Below are positions 42,001 to 64,000 of a stretch of DNA of 64,000 nucleotides, piece by piece. The notes under the pieces are model-generated. The model did no database searches, had not been told where the DNA came from, and worked only from the letters and a program-made list of their open reading frames with translations. The stretch comes from the human T2T-CHM13v2.0 reference genome, Homo sapiens: the NCBI RefSeq assembly GCF_009914755.1, contig NC_060944.1; one strand, written 5' to 3'. The translations under genes were made by a program, and so were the position numbers. Each line of letters opens with the position of its first letter. Position 1 is the stretch's first letter.

Positions 42001-45000
42001 TCAGTTCATTTGACTCCATTCCACTCCTCTCCTCTCCATTCCTCTACACTCCATACCATTCCTCCCCACTCCATTCCGTTCAATTTCGCTCCATTCCATT
42101 CCACTCCACTCCTTTCTATTCCACTCCATTCCATTCCACTTTTTTCCATTCCACTCCATTCCATTCCACACCACTCCATTCCATTCCACTGCATTACTCT
42201 CCAGTCCATTCCATTACACTCCATTCCACTGCACTCCAATCTGCTCCACTCCACTCCATTCGATTCCACTCCATTCTATTCCATTCCATACACTCCATTG
42301 TATTCCACTCCACTGCCTCCGATTCCATTGCATTCGACTCCATTCCATTCCCCTCCATTCCATTCCATTCCATTCCACTCCAATCCACTCCATTCCAAGC
42401 CACTCCATTCCATTCCCCTGCTCTCCATTCCCCTGAATTCCATTCCCCTCCACTCCACTCCACTCGACTCCACTCCACTTCATTCCATTCTACTCCATTC
42501 CATTCCATTCCCTTCCATTCCATTCCATTCCATTCCACTCGATTTGATTCCATTCCATTCCATTCCACTCCACTCCACTCCATTCCATTCCAGTCCATTG
42601 CACTGCACTCCACTCCACTCCATTCCACTCCACTCCACTCCATTTTACACCACTCCATTCCATTGCACTCTATTCCACTACATTTGATTCCACTCCATTC
42701 CTTTACATTCCACTCCACTCCACTCCACTACACTTTTTTCCTCTCCACTCCTCTCCAATGCACTCCACTCTACTCCAATCCACACCATTCCATTCCAGTC
42801 CACCCCACTTTATTGCAGTCCATTCCACTCCACTCCATTCCATTCCACTCCACTCCACTTCACTACATTCCATTCCACTCCACTCCATTCCATTCCACTC
42901 CACTCCACTCAGTTCCACTCCATTCCACTGCATTCTACTCCACTCCACTCCATTTCACTACACTTCATTCTATTCCACCCCATGCCACTGCACTCCACTT
43001 CATTCCACTCCACTCCACTGTACTCCACCCACTCCACTCCATTCCATTCCACTCCATTACTTTCCCCTCTCATTCATTCCACTCTACTCCATTCCACTCC
43101 ATTCCATTCCACTCCATTCCATTCCACTCCACTCCATTCCACTGCACTCCACTCCACGCCATTCCATTCCACTCCATTCCATTCCATTACACTCCACTCC
43201 AATCTATTACATTCTATTCTACTCCGTTAAGTTCCACTCCACTCCATTCCTTTCCACTCCACTCCGTTCCTCTCCACACCACTCCATTGCACTTCATTCC
43301 ATTACACTCCTCTCCTCTCCACTACACTCCTATCCACTCCTTTCCATTCCACTCCACTCCACTCCATTCCATTCCACTCCAATCCGCTCCACTCCATTCC
43401 ATTCCACTCCACTCCATTCCATTCCAATACATTCCATTCCTTTCCATTCCATTCAAATCCATTGCATTAAATTCCATTCCATTCCATTTCACTCCACTCC
43501 TCTCCTTTCATTGACTCCACCCAACTGCACTCCATTCCATTCCACTCCATTCCACTACACTCCATTCCATTCCACTCCATTCCACTCCATTCCATTTCAC
43601 TCCCTTCCACTCCACTCCTCTCCTTTCCTCTCTACTCCATTCCATTCCTCTCCAGTTCATTGCATTCGACTCCATTCCACTCCTCTCCTCTCCATTCCAC
43701 TACACTCCACACCAATCCTCTCCAATCCATTCCGTTCAATTTCACTCCATTCGATTCCACTCCACTCCTTTCCATTCAACTCCATTCCACTCCACTCCTT
43801 TCCATTCAACTCCATTCCACTCCACTCAATTCCATTCCACACCACTCCACTCCATTCCACTCCATTACGTTCCAGTCCATTCCATTCCACTCCATTCCAC
43901 TGCACTCCAATCTACTCCACTCCACTCCATTCCATTGGCTTCATTCCATTCCATTCCATACACTCCATTTTATTCCACTCCACTGCCTCCGATTCCATTC
44001 CATTTGACTCCATTCCATTCCCCTCCATTCCATTACATTCCATTCCATTCGACTCCATTGCATTCCCCTCCATTCCATTCCATTCTGCTCAACTCCATTC
44101 CATTCCAATCCACTCCATTCCATTCCCCTGCTCTCCATTACCCTGAACTCCATTCCATTCCATTTCACTCCACTCCATTCCACTTAATTCCATTCTATTC
44201 CATTCCATTCCATTCCACTCCACTCCACTCCATTCCATTCCATTCCAGTCCATTACACTGCACTCCATTCGACTTCATTCCACTTCACTCCACTCCCTTA
44301 CACTCCACTCCATTCCACACCACTCCATTCGATTGCACTCCATTCCACTCCATTCGACTCCACTCCACTCGATTCTTTTCCATTCCACTCCATTCCACTC
44401 CACTACACTCTTTTCCTCTGCACTCCTCTCCACTCCACTCCACTCTTCTCCAATCCACACCATTCCATTCCAGTCCACTCCATTCCTTTCCAGTCCATTC
44501 CACTCAAATTCATTCCATTCCACTACACTACACTTGACTCCATTCCATTCCACTCCAGTCCACTCCACTCCATTCCACTCCAATCCATTCCATTTCACTC
44601 CAATCCTTTCTATTCCACCCCACGCCACTGCTCTCCACTTCATTCCGCTCCATTCCACTCCACTGTACTCCACTCCACTCCATTCCATTCCACTCCATTC
44701 CATTCCTCTCCAATCCATTCTACTCTACTCTATTCCACTCCATACCATTCCACTCCACTCCACTCCATTTGACTCCACTACATTCCACTCCACTGTACTC
44801 CATACCACTCCACTCCACTCTATTCCATTCCGCTCCAACCCATTCCACTCCATTCCTCTCTGTTCCATGCAACTCCACTCCATTCCACCCAATTCCATTC
44901 CACTCCACTCCACTCCATTCCACTCCACTCCACTCCTCTCCATTCCACTCCACTCCTCTCCATTCCACTCCAGTCCATTCCATTCCACTCAACTCCATTT

Positions 45001-47715
45001 TATTCCACTCCACTGCCGCCCACTCCATTTCATTCGACTCCATTCCATTCCCCTCCATTCCATTCCATTAAATTTTATTCCATTCCATTCCATTCCACTC
45101 CACTACTCTCCATTCCAATCCACTCCATTCCACTCGAGTTCATTCTATTCCCTTCCATTCCACTCCATTGCATTCCAATCCACTCCGTTCCATTCCCCTG
45201 CTCTCCATTCCACTCAATTCCATTAAACTCCACTCCACTTCATTCCATTCTATTCCATTCCATTCCATTCCTCTCCATTCCAATCCATTCCATTCCACTC
45301 CTCTCAAATCCATTTCATTCCACACCAATCTACTCCACTCCATTCCATTCACTTCCACTCCACTCCAATCCACTCTACTCGACTCCTCTCCATTCCACTC
45401 CTCCATTCCACTCTATTCCTTTCCATTCCACTCAACTCCATTCCATTCCAATCCACTCCACTCTCTTCCACTCCAGTCCATTCCATTCCTCTCCACTCCA
45501 TTCCATTCCATTCCACTCCATTCCATTCCACTCCACTCCATTCCATTCCACTGCATTCCATTCCACTCCACTCCATTCCCTTCCACTCCACTCCTCCCAC
45601 TACATTCCACTCCATTCCATTCCATTTCACTCCACTCCACTCAATTCCACTCCATTCTATTCCATTCCACTCCATTGCATTCCAGTCCTCTCCATTGCAC
45701 TACTGTTCCTTCCACTCCACTCCACTCCACACCCCTCCATTCCATTCCACCCCACTGCACTCCACTCCACTCGACTCCACCTCTCTCCACTCTACAACAT
45801 TCTATTCCTTTCCACTACACTCCACTCGATTCCACTCCACTCCACTCCATTCCATTCCACTCCATTCCATTCCACTCCACTCCACTCCTTTCTATTCCAC
45901 TCCGCTCCATTCCATTCCACTCCATTCTATTCCATTGCATTTCATACCATTCCATACCATTCCTTTCCTTTTAGTTCCACTGCACTCCACTGCACTCCTT
46001 TCTAAACCACTCCATTCCACTCCACTACATTCGAATCCATTCCATTCCACTCCAATCCATTCCACTAAACTCCATTCCACTCTATTCCTCACCATTCCAT
46101 TCCACTCCACTCAACTTCACTCCTATCCACTCCATTCCATTCCATTCCACTCCACTCCACACCACTCCTCTCCATTCCATTCCATTCCATTCTATTCCAC
46201 TCCACTCCACTCCTTTCCACTCCACTATATTCCACTCCACTCCACTCGACTCCCCTCCACTCCATTCCACTACACTCCACTTCACTCCACTTCACTCCAG
46301 TCTTCTCCATTGAATTCCATTCCATTCCACTCCAGTCCATTCCATTCCACACCACTTCATTCCATTACAATCCATTCGATTCCTTTCAATGCCACTCCAA
46401 TCCATTCCACTCCACTCCACTCCATTCCAGTTCACCGCATTCCAATCCTCTCCACTGTACTCCACTCCATTCCACTCAATTCCATTCCTCTCCATTCCAT
46501 TCCATGCCACACATTTCAGTTCGATTCCATTCCTCTCCATTCCATTAAATTCCATTCCATTCCATTCCACTCCACTTCACTCCATTCAACTCCACTGCAT
46601 TCCACTGCACTCCATTCAACTCCATTCAATTCCATTCCATTCGACTCCACTCCATTCCTATCCACTCCACTCCACACCATTCCATTCCATTAAAGTCCAG
46701 TCGATTCCATTCCATTACCCAACACTCCATTCCACTACACTCCATTCCACTCTACTCCACTGTACTCCACTCCACTCCAATCCGCTCCACTCAATGCCAT
46801 TCCACTCGATTCCACTCCAATCCACTCGTCTCCAGTCCACTCCATTCTATTCCTCTCCACCCCATTCTATTCCACTCCACTCCATTCCACTCCACTCACT
46901 CCATTCCACTCCACTCCATTCCACTCCACTCCAATCCATTCCATTCCATTCCACTCCATTCCACTCCATTCCCATCCAATCCATTCCACTCCACTCCATT
47001 CCAGTCCACTCCACTCGATTCCACTCCAGTCCATTCCACTGCACTCCATTCCATGAAATTCCATTCCACTCCATTCCATTCCATATCACTCCATTCCATT
47101 CCACTCAATTCCATTCCCTTCAATTCCACTCCACTTATTTCCCCTCCTTTCCACTCCATTCCACTCCACTCCACTCCATCCCTATCCACTCCACTCCACT
47201 CCATTGCATACCACTCCACTCCTTACCACTCCTTTCTTCTCCATTCCACTCCGCTCCCCTCCTTTCCTTTCCAATCCTCTCCAGTCAATTCCATTCCACC
47301 CCACTCCATTCCTTTCCACTCCACTCCACTCTATTCCACTGTATTAAACTCCACTCCATTCCATTCCAGTCCATTCCACTAAACTCCACTCTATTCCACT
47401 CCACTCCATTCCATTCCACTCCACTCTACTCCACTCCATTCCACTCATCTCCACTCCACTCTACTCCTTACCACTCCATTCCACTCCACTCCACTCCATT
47501 ACATTCCACTTCATTCCATTCCAATCCACTCCATTCCTCTGGACTCCACTCCATTCGACTCCACTCCATTCTGCTCCCATCCACTCCATTCCACTCCACT
47601 ACATTCCATTCCTCTCCACTCCATTCCATTCCATGCCACTCCTTTCCATTACACCCCACTCCACTGCATTCCACTCCTCTCCATTCCATTCCAATCCACT
47701 CCACTCCACTCCAGT
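39071..47715 (+). repeat. Diverged HSat3-like pentamer satellite (CATTC/CACTC)n, ~8.6 kb
   Basis: Continuous ccatt/ccact pentamers, very G-poor on the + strand, single orientation. Confidence 0.97.
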
Positions 47716-48199
47716 GGAGTCAGAATGACAGTTTGGGTGAAGCAGTATGTCCATGTAAAACCACTTTTCCAAACCTTGCAAATCCACAGTGGTGAAATGT
47801 GATGCAGTTATGGTCAATGATATTAAGCATAATATTTTTGGTGGGGCATCTGGTAAGAACCTTAAAAGAGAGGAAAAAAGTAGTTAAGAGGCATTATCCA
47901 TTAGCCTTTGCCTTTCTGCTTTCTTCTGCATGAAGCATGGTCAAAATGTTGGAGTCAATGCAGCCATCTTGCAAACATTCAGCAAAAGCACAGTCTAGGA
48001 ATGTATTTTAAAAAGACTAGAAATTGCCTCATACTTGATATCATTGTGAAGCTATTATAGCATTCCTTGATTTTATGTTATATAAGAATAATAAACCCCT
48101 AATTTATAAAAGGCAACATTTTTCATGTTTTATGTTTCAGCCTATTGTACTTGTGAATAGATTATGTATTATAGATCAAATGTGATTTAGAAATATAGC

Positions 48200-48418
48200 C
48201 CTTTCTCCAATCTATCATTGATGGGCATTTAGGTTGATTCTGTCTTTTATATTGGGAATAGTGCTGCAATGAACATACGCGTGCATAGAGGATCAGGAAA
48301 GATAAACAATGGGTACCAGGCTTAATACCTGGGTGATGAGATAATCTGAACAAACCCCCATGACACAAGTTTAGCTATGTAACAAACCTGTACATGTACC
48401 CCTGAACTTAAAAAAAGA
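48200..48418. mobile_element. Short L1PA 3' fragment with inverted 5' part
   Basis: ~48200-48285 is minus-strand L1 3'UTR-region sequence; ~48286-48418 is the plus-strand L1 3' end with an A-tail. Confidence 0.65.
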
Positions 48419-49358
48419 GATATGGTCTTTTCTTAAAGTTATAAAAGTGTTGTTTTCTTTCTTCGTTTTCATTTTCTTTAGTGTCTTCAGTTAAATATGA
48501 GGGGCTATCAATTATTTTAGGGCACCTTTATGTGAAAGGTTATGATATATTATTAAGTGAAGAAATGTAACTTAATAACTTTAGAAAGAGTATCATTTCA
48601 ATTTTGAAAACAAACTAAAACCAAAAATTAGATATCTAGAGTCTATTCTGTGCATATTTCTTGAGGTAACAGATCTGACGTTTTATTTTCTTGTGTGTTA
48701 AACTTCATCAACTATTTCTGTTTCTATGACTACTTTGTCTCTAGCTCCTTGACCCGAATAGGTAGAAGTAGGTACTCAATAAATACTTGTTGAAAGAATA
48801 AAAACATGAATGTATCATTATTATCTACATACACACACATAATACTCTATATTAGGGTGTAAACGATACTTTGGGGGAAGTTACTCAATTTATTTTAGCT
48901 TGCCTGTCTTTTCATATATTTTAAAATTGAACGAGGTTTATTTCTGTCAGAATAAAATAAATAAAAGAAACTTCATCATTAATGATAAATTAGAAGAAAC
49001 TGGAAAAATTAGGTGATTCTTTATTCCATGTATTATTGATCTTATAAGAGAAGATTATAATAGTCACCCGCTTTCAGTTTCAGCACTTTAATTTCCTTCA
49101 TCCTTTTACCAAAATTAATTTTATATTGATTAAGAGTTAAATGTAAATAATAAAGCAGTTGAAGAGCCAAAAGATAAATGAGAAGATTTTAGAATAAAAT
49201 AATTTTGTAAGATTTCTGGGTGTAACATTAATATAAAAATTAAACACTTTCTTTAATAAAAATCTAGAAAAGGTGGCGGGTAATAGTGGACTGTACATGC
49301 ACTGAAGTCTTATCTTTCACTCGAGTATTCTAGAAATGACAATGAAAACATAAAAACA

Positions 49359-49500
49359 GGCTGGGCATAGTGGCTTATGCCTGTAATCCTAGCACTCTTG
49401 TTGGCCAAGGCAGGAGGGTTGCTTGAGGCCAAGAGTTCAAGATCCACCTGGCCAACATAGCGAGAACCTGTCTCTTTTTATAAAAAACAAACAGAAAAAA
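49359..49500 (+). mobile_element. FLAM/AluJ monomer
   Basis: ggctgggcatagtggcttatgcctgtaatcc...cctgtctc plus A-rich tail. Confidence 0.8.
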
Positions 49501-50699
49501 ACATAAATACAAGTAAATTAATATAAAACCATGCTTAAACATATTTGATAGGAATATCATTGAAGCAGAGAATGTTTTTGAAAACATAACATTGATGAGA
49601 TCAGATTGAAAAGATATTCTGAAACCTAGGAGGATTATGACAGAGTGCAACTGTAGGAAGTGGAGAAGGTGCTCTATCCACAGAGATGACACATGTTTGG
49701 AGGAGGAGATGCTGTGGGACCAACAACAGGAAATTAACTGGAATACCGAAGTAGAATGCTGCAGTTTGAAATGAGCATATAAAGCCCTCTCCATGAGACA
49801 CTGAAACAGAGAAAGGGAAAGTAGCGTCTGTCTCCAAAAAGCAGCAGTGGTGGAGCTTGGATGGCTGACATGCCCAGAACAGGTCCCAAGTAACATCACT
49901 AAGCAGCCTTTATCTCTAACTTCCTCTTACTAAAAATAGTGCAGAATATAAGAGAACAATAGCTCCCACTCTCCCCCTCATTAATTAGGCATGTAATTAA
50001 TATATTCAAAAGGATAAGAGGATAGTACATCCATGAAATAAACCAGGTGCTCATGAAAAGGACCAGTATTGAGATATTAGTGATTAAAAACATAACTGTT
50101 AAAGTATAAACTTTAATATGTATGTTAATTTTGTAATAAAGCCAGCTAGAGAGTAACTTATTAGGAAAAGCTGGATGGAAAAAATGCAGATTAAAAAGGA
50201 GGAAATAGAATAGAAAGTATGAAAAAATGTTAAGAAGTATGAGGAACAGATCAAGAACTTTCTAAATCAATTAAATAGGAGAGTAAAGAGGGGAAAATGA
50301 TAGAATGGAGTGGAAGAAGTACTTAAACAAGAAAGAAAAATTTACAGAAATAAAAAAAAATGAGTTATCAAATTGAACCTGTCCACTAAGAGTGTGATAG
50401 GAAAAACAAAAACAAAGCAAATAAAATTGACTTCCAGATCCACTAAGATGAAATAGGGCATTTTTCCTAAGTCCTCCCTTTTACCTCTCAAAAATCCTGA
50501 ACATAATACAATAAACAAGCATAGGAATACTCTGAAATGTGGAAAGAATACAGTGGACTACTTATAGTCCTCAAGACTTAAGGAACTCCATGGGTCTCAG
50601 TTCTCTGGGTTTCCTTATTGTCTTGCATATATCCAGGACAGGTGCTACAAATATTCCAATGCAGAACAGAAAAAAGCATCCTTCTGTGTCTGTTACCCC

Positions 50700-54950
<4,251 letters not shown>

Positions 54951-55479
54951 ATATCAGCAATGAAACTGTGGCTATCACTATAGACCCTGGAACCATTGAA
55001 ACTCTATACATTCTCTGCTGCTATCCTCAGTTCCCTGGCTTCACTACAAACACTTGTACCTCACATATCATTACCAATGCAGCAGTCAGAATGCCAGCAC
55101 CCCAGGCATCAGTGCTATTACTGCTCTGGAATACAGAGCCTTATCCCTTCCATGTGTGTCCATGCTTCAAGCCTCAGCTCTGAAGTTACTCCACAAGCAC
55201 CACTTATTAGACAATGATGTCACTGCTACCATGAGCTAGACCAATGCCATGAGAGAACCCCTCAGTGACAATTTCCTGGTGGGAGAGAAAGAGATCAGGA
55301 GCAGCCATTACCACTGAAGACTCAAAACAGCCCTTGTTGCCACCACAGATATGCACAGTATTGACTGCTGAGGGCACTTGCAATTATCATCAACACTGAA
55401 CTCAGCTGACATAGTTGCACCATCACTGTTGTCAGAATCGTACCACCTCACCCAGCAAGTAACCTCACACCCACAAAGG

Positions 55480-59640
<4,161 letters not shown>

Positions 59641-59644
59641 AGTG

Positions 59645-62600
59645 GGGGATAAGACAGCCAACCAGACACAGCTGGGAGAAGTGCCTCTCCTACTGAGAGA
59701 AACCAAAATATTGAGTAAACTATCCCACTTTGAACAGAATTTTTAAGAGAAAAAACTGAAAGTTAATAGAGAGGTGACTCAGATCCAGAGGTGGAAGAGG
59801 AAGGAAGCTTGGAACCCTATAGAGTTGCTGAGTGCCAGGACCAGATCCTGGCCCTAAACAGGTGGTAAGGAAGGAGAGAGTGAAGGAACTGCCAGGTGAC
59901 ACACTCCCACCATGGACCTCTGGGATCCTAGCTTTAAGAGATCCCATCACCCACATGAACGTTTGAATTGACAGGGGGAGCTGCCTGGAGAGTAGGCAGA
60001 TGCAGAGCTCAAGCCTGTGCAGAGCCCAGGTTTTGTGAGTGGGACAGTTGCAGCAAAACACAACCATAGGTGCCCATCCACCAAGGCAGGCTCTCCATCT
60101 TGCTCAGAGTGGCTCTAGCCCTTGCTGACTGCTGGGCAGGGAGAGAGCAGAGCTAACTTCCTCATGGGACCTGGGTGTGTCTGATCTGTGCACACCACTA
60201 TCCAACCGATCCCGAGGCTCCACCCTGGCCACTCTTGTGTGCACACAGCACAGCCTCTACTGCTACACCTGAGTACTTTGCCAGTGGCCTGGAAGCACTT
60301 TGTCCCCCCTGGCACAAATGGTGCTGGACCACGAGGGGCCAGAGAACAAAGCCTTGGGCGTGGTCCCAACTCCCAAATGTTTGAACACACAAGTTGGAAT
60401 ATTGGGCTGAGATCTGTGGCCAGGGCCTGAGTAGGGGAGAAGCTCCCACTCTCAGAACACTGAGAAAAGTGAGGCATGGGTTTCTGGGCTGGTACAGGAG
60501 CTCGATGTGCTTCTCTCTACAAGACTGGTGAGGGAAAGGTGTAACCTGTTTGTCAGCCACAACATCTTCCTAAGGGAGCCTTGTGTCCGGGAAAAACTGA
60601 CAGACCAGTGATCTGGGTGCAGAAGGCTTGAGACAAAACTAGCTGGTTGGGCCAGCTATGGGGCAAATGCTGGAAAGAAACCTGGTCAGGGAGCCTGAGC
60701 TGAGTGGTCCCCACAGTCATCTGCTTGGCAAGAAACCCTAGGTCGCAGGTGCTAGACCAGCTGCACACCCACAGCAACACTGCCATGCCCAGGATCCTCT
60801 GCCCTTGATCCTGAATCAACAGACCACTTGCAGATATACTTCACAGCCCACGCTGACTCTGCCAAGCACAGACAACCACTGGGCCCCAGGGGAGCTGCAG
60901 GTCTCCTGGTCACCTAATCTTTTTTTTTTTTATACTTTAAGTTTTGGGGTACATGTGCACAACGTGCAGGTTACATATGTATACATGTGCCATGTTCATG
61001 TGCTGCACCCATTAACTCGTCATTTAACATTAGGTATATCTCCTAATGCTATCCCTCCCCCCTCCCCCCACCCCACAACAGGCCCTGGTGCCATGGAATA
61101 CTATGCAGCCATAAAAAATGATGAGTTCATGCCCTTTGCAGGGACATGGATGAAGCTGGAAACCATCATTCTCAGCAAACTATCAAACTATCACAAGGAC
61201 AAAAAACCAAACACTGCATGTTTTCACTCATAGGTGGGAATTGAATAATGAGAACACATGGACACAGGAAGGGGAACATCACACATCGGGACCTAATCTT
61301 AAGCTAAGTGTGGCTAAGAGCCTATCTGCTGGCCTTTACTATTAAGCACTGCCCACTGGATTGCAGCCTGAATTACACCGCCAAACAAATACTGTTTCAG
61401 CATACATTACCAGTGAAACCCAATGCAGGAACATAGTCAAAAATAAACACCTGGCATAGAGACTTGGCCCTCTGAAAACACCCAGAAAAAAGCCAGCTAT
61501 ATTCAACATACATCACTGTCAAAATATCAAGGAAAATGAAGAAGAATAAAACAAAAAGTCAAAACCAAATGATAGGAACTTCAAAAAGATAAAGTAACAC
61601 CAGCTGTCTTAGATGAGAAAGAATCAGCACACATTCTTGCAATTCAAAAAGTCAGAATGTCTCCTTACCTCCAAACAATCATACTAGCTCTCATCAGATT
61701 GAAATGGCTGAAATGACAGACATAGAATTCATGATCTGGAAGGTAAGGAAGCTCAAGAACATTCAGGAGAAAGTTGAAACCCAGTCCAAGGAAGCCAGTA
61801 AAGCAATCCAAGAGTACAGAGATAACATAGCCATTTTAAGAAAGAACCAAAAGAAACTTCTGCAATTGACAAATTCATTATAGGAATTTTGTAATACATT
61901 CAGAAGCATTAACAACAGAATAGATCAAGTTGAGGAAAGAATCTCAGAGCTCAAAGATCAGTCCTTTGAATCAACACAGTCAGACAAAACTAAAGAAAAA
62001 AATTTAAAAATAAAACCTCTAAAAAAATATGGAATTATGTAAAGATACCAAACTTACAACTTATGGGCATTCCTGAAAGAGGAGAAAGAATAAGTAACTT
62101 GGAAAACATATTTGAGGATAGTCCATGAAAATTTCCCCAATCTCCCTAGAGAGGCTGACATGCAAATTCAAGAAATGCAAATAACCCCTGTGAGATAACT
62201 ACAAGATAACTATCCCCAAGACACATAGTCATAAGATTCTCCAAGGTCAACGTGAAAGAAAAAAATCTTAAGGGCAGCTAGAGAAAAGCCTGAGGTCACT
62301 TATGAAGGGAAGCTCATCAGACTAACAGCAGACTTCTCAGCAGAAACCTTACAAACCAAGCAAGATTAGGGGCCTATTTTTAGCATCCTTAAAGAAAAGA
62401 AATTTCAGTGAAGAATTCCATATCCTGCAAAACTAAGCTTCATAAAAGAAGGAGAAATAGGCTGGGCATGGTGGCTCACACCTGTAATACCAGCATTTTG
62501 GGAGGCTCAGGCAGGAGGATTGCTTGAGCTCAAGAGTTTGAGACCAGCCTGGGCAACATGGCAAAACCCTGTCTCTTCTAAAAATACAAAAATTACCTGG

Positions 62601-62770
62601 GCAAGACTCCATCACAAACAAACTAACAAACCAAAACTATCAGGTACTATGCTCACTACCTGGGTGACAAAATCATTTTTACACCAAACCCAGTGACAAG
62701 CAATTTACCCATGTAACAAACCTGCATGTGTATCCCCTGAACCTAAAATAAAAGTTAAAAAAAAAAGAAC
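59645..62770 (+). mobile_element. Older L1P 5'UTR/ORF1 segment with nested inverted L1PA (60920-61290), Alu fragment (62460-62600) and L1 3' end (62640-62770)
   Basis: GC-richer L1 5'UTR-like region, then ORF1-like ...gcagacttctcagcagaaaccttaca; L1 3' motif gtaacaaacctgcatgtgtatcccctgaacctaaaataaaag. Confidence 0.7.
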
Positions 62771-64000
62771 TTTCATCAACATTTCTTGCAGTGAAGGTAT
62801 GTTAGTGATGAACATTCTCTGCTTTTATTGCCTGAAAATATCTTTATTTTGTATTCATATTTGACATATATTCTCACTGGGCATAAAAATTCTAAATTAC
62901 AAGTTTTTCCCCTTTTTTGTATTAAAAATTTCATTCCAATATCTTTCATATTGCCTTATTTGTAATGATGCCTTCTATCCTTCTTATCTTTGTTCCATTT
63001 ATAAGAAGTGTTCCCCAACCCCAGACTGATTAAAACCATTTTTTTAATTAAAAAAGCAAAAGAAAGAAACATTTTTATCTGAAGCTGTCTCAGACTCAGA
63101 CACCACCCAATCTTCAGATTTCAAATAGCTTATACTCAAACATTTGGTAATATCAGCCCCTTAATGGTCTTCCTGGAGGGCAGATGCATTCTAGAGATGA
63201 GAACACGATCATGATTACGAATGCTACCACCACTACGAACGCACAAAAGTCACTGGTGTGATCCTTTCTCAGAACACTGTGGTAACTTCTGGACATTCTC
63301 TGCTGTTATCATTGCTTCTTCCTTCTGGGTTTTTTTCCCCCTTATATGGGCAGATAATTTTCTCCATTGGAATGAAAAAGTCTTGCTTCATGCTCTTTAA
63401 CTGTGTGACCTTGGGCGTATTACTTTACTTTGGGGCAAACCATTTTCCTTCTTGAGGACCAAATGTGCTCTTTTATAAAACGAGCAGTTAGAATTAGATT
63501 GTCTCTCTGGACACGGCTTATGTTGACAACCTGGATCACATTAGAGGATCACACTGAGACCTTTATGTCGGCCTCAGTTCCTCCATCTGTAAAGTAGAGG
63601 TTGGGCTTAGATTATAGATGATAAAGACACCAACTTTCCTGGAAAGGATTCTGGAAAGGATTCTGAACTTAGGCTCAGCCTCAGTAAGAAGGAGTTCTGT
63701 GATTAAACAGGGATGCCCACACATCAGCAACAGAAATGGGCAGGTCAACCATGTATGCTGTGCCTCAGTGAAGATTTTATGCTATGCTGTGCATTTGATA
63801 TCCATTCTCTATATTTGATATCCAATCTAAGATTATCTAGAAGGTCCTTTCCAAGACACTGATGAGATACATCTGTATAAATATATAACTCAGGATGAAA
63901 GCAACTTTTAACATTTAGCGTGTGCCTCTGCCTCTGATCTGATTACAGCCCACAGAGAAATATAAACAATACACAATACAGGCTAATGAAGAAGGGTGAT

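Noticed and set aside
38748-47817. Long H/S/I/P/T/F-rich and MEWNG-type ORFs (up to 468 aa)
   Set aside because: Translation artefacts of a stop-poor pentamer satellite.

Overview
Human subtelomeric DNA in p-arm orientation. From recalled reference starts, it is most likely 20p13 in a T2T-type assembly; bases 1 to ~38864 would then lie distal to where GRCh38 chr20 begins. Left to right: (1) a duplicated block with a poly(A)-tailed segment, a GTF2I-family exon remnant and Alus; (2) a degenerate interstitial (CCCTAA)n array at 8771-9192; (3) TAR1 with 37/29/61-bp repeats and CTCF sites; (4) a DDX11L pseudogene (+); (5) a complete WASH1/WASHC1 paralogue (-) with intronic MIR6859; (6) a bidirectional CpG promoter with a MIR1302-host-type lncRNA; (7) an L1PA; (8) an ~8.6-kb CATTC/CACTC satellite; (9) L1-dense DNA. 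The main result is the WASH copy. Manual splicing of its 10 coding exons (all GT-AG, phases compatible) gives an uninterrupted 1407-nt CDS encoding 468 aa. It keeps Y141, K220, Y262, a canonical WH2 and the terminal DDWES. It is a strong candidate for the functional human WASH1 gene, hidden in sequence missing from the older reference.
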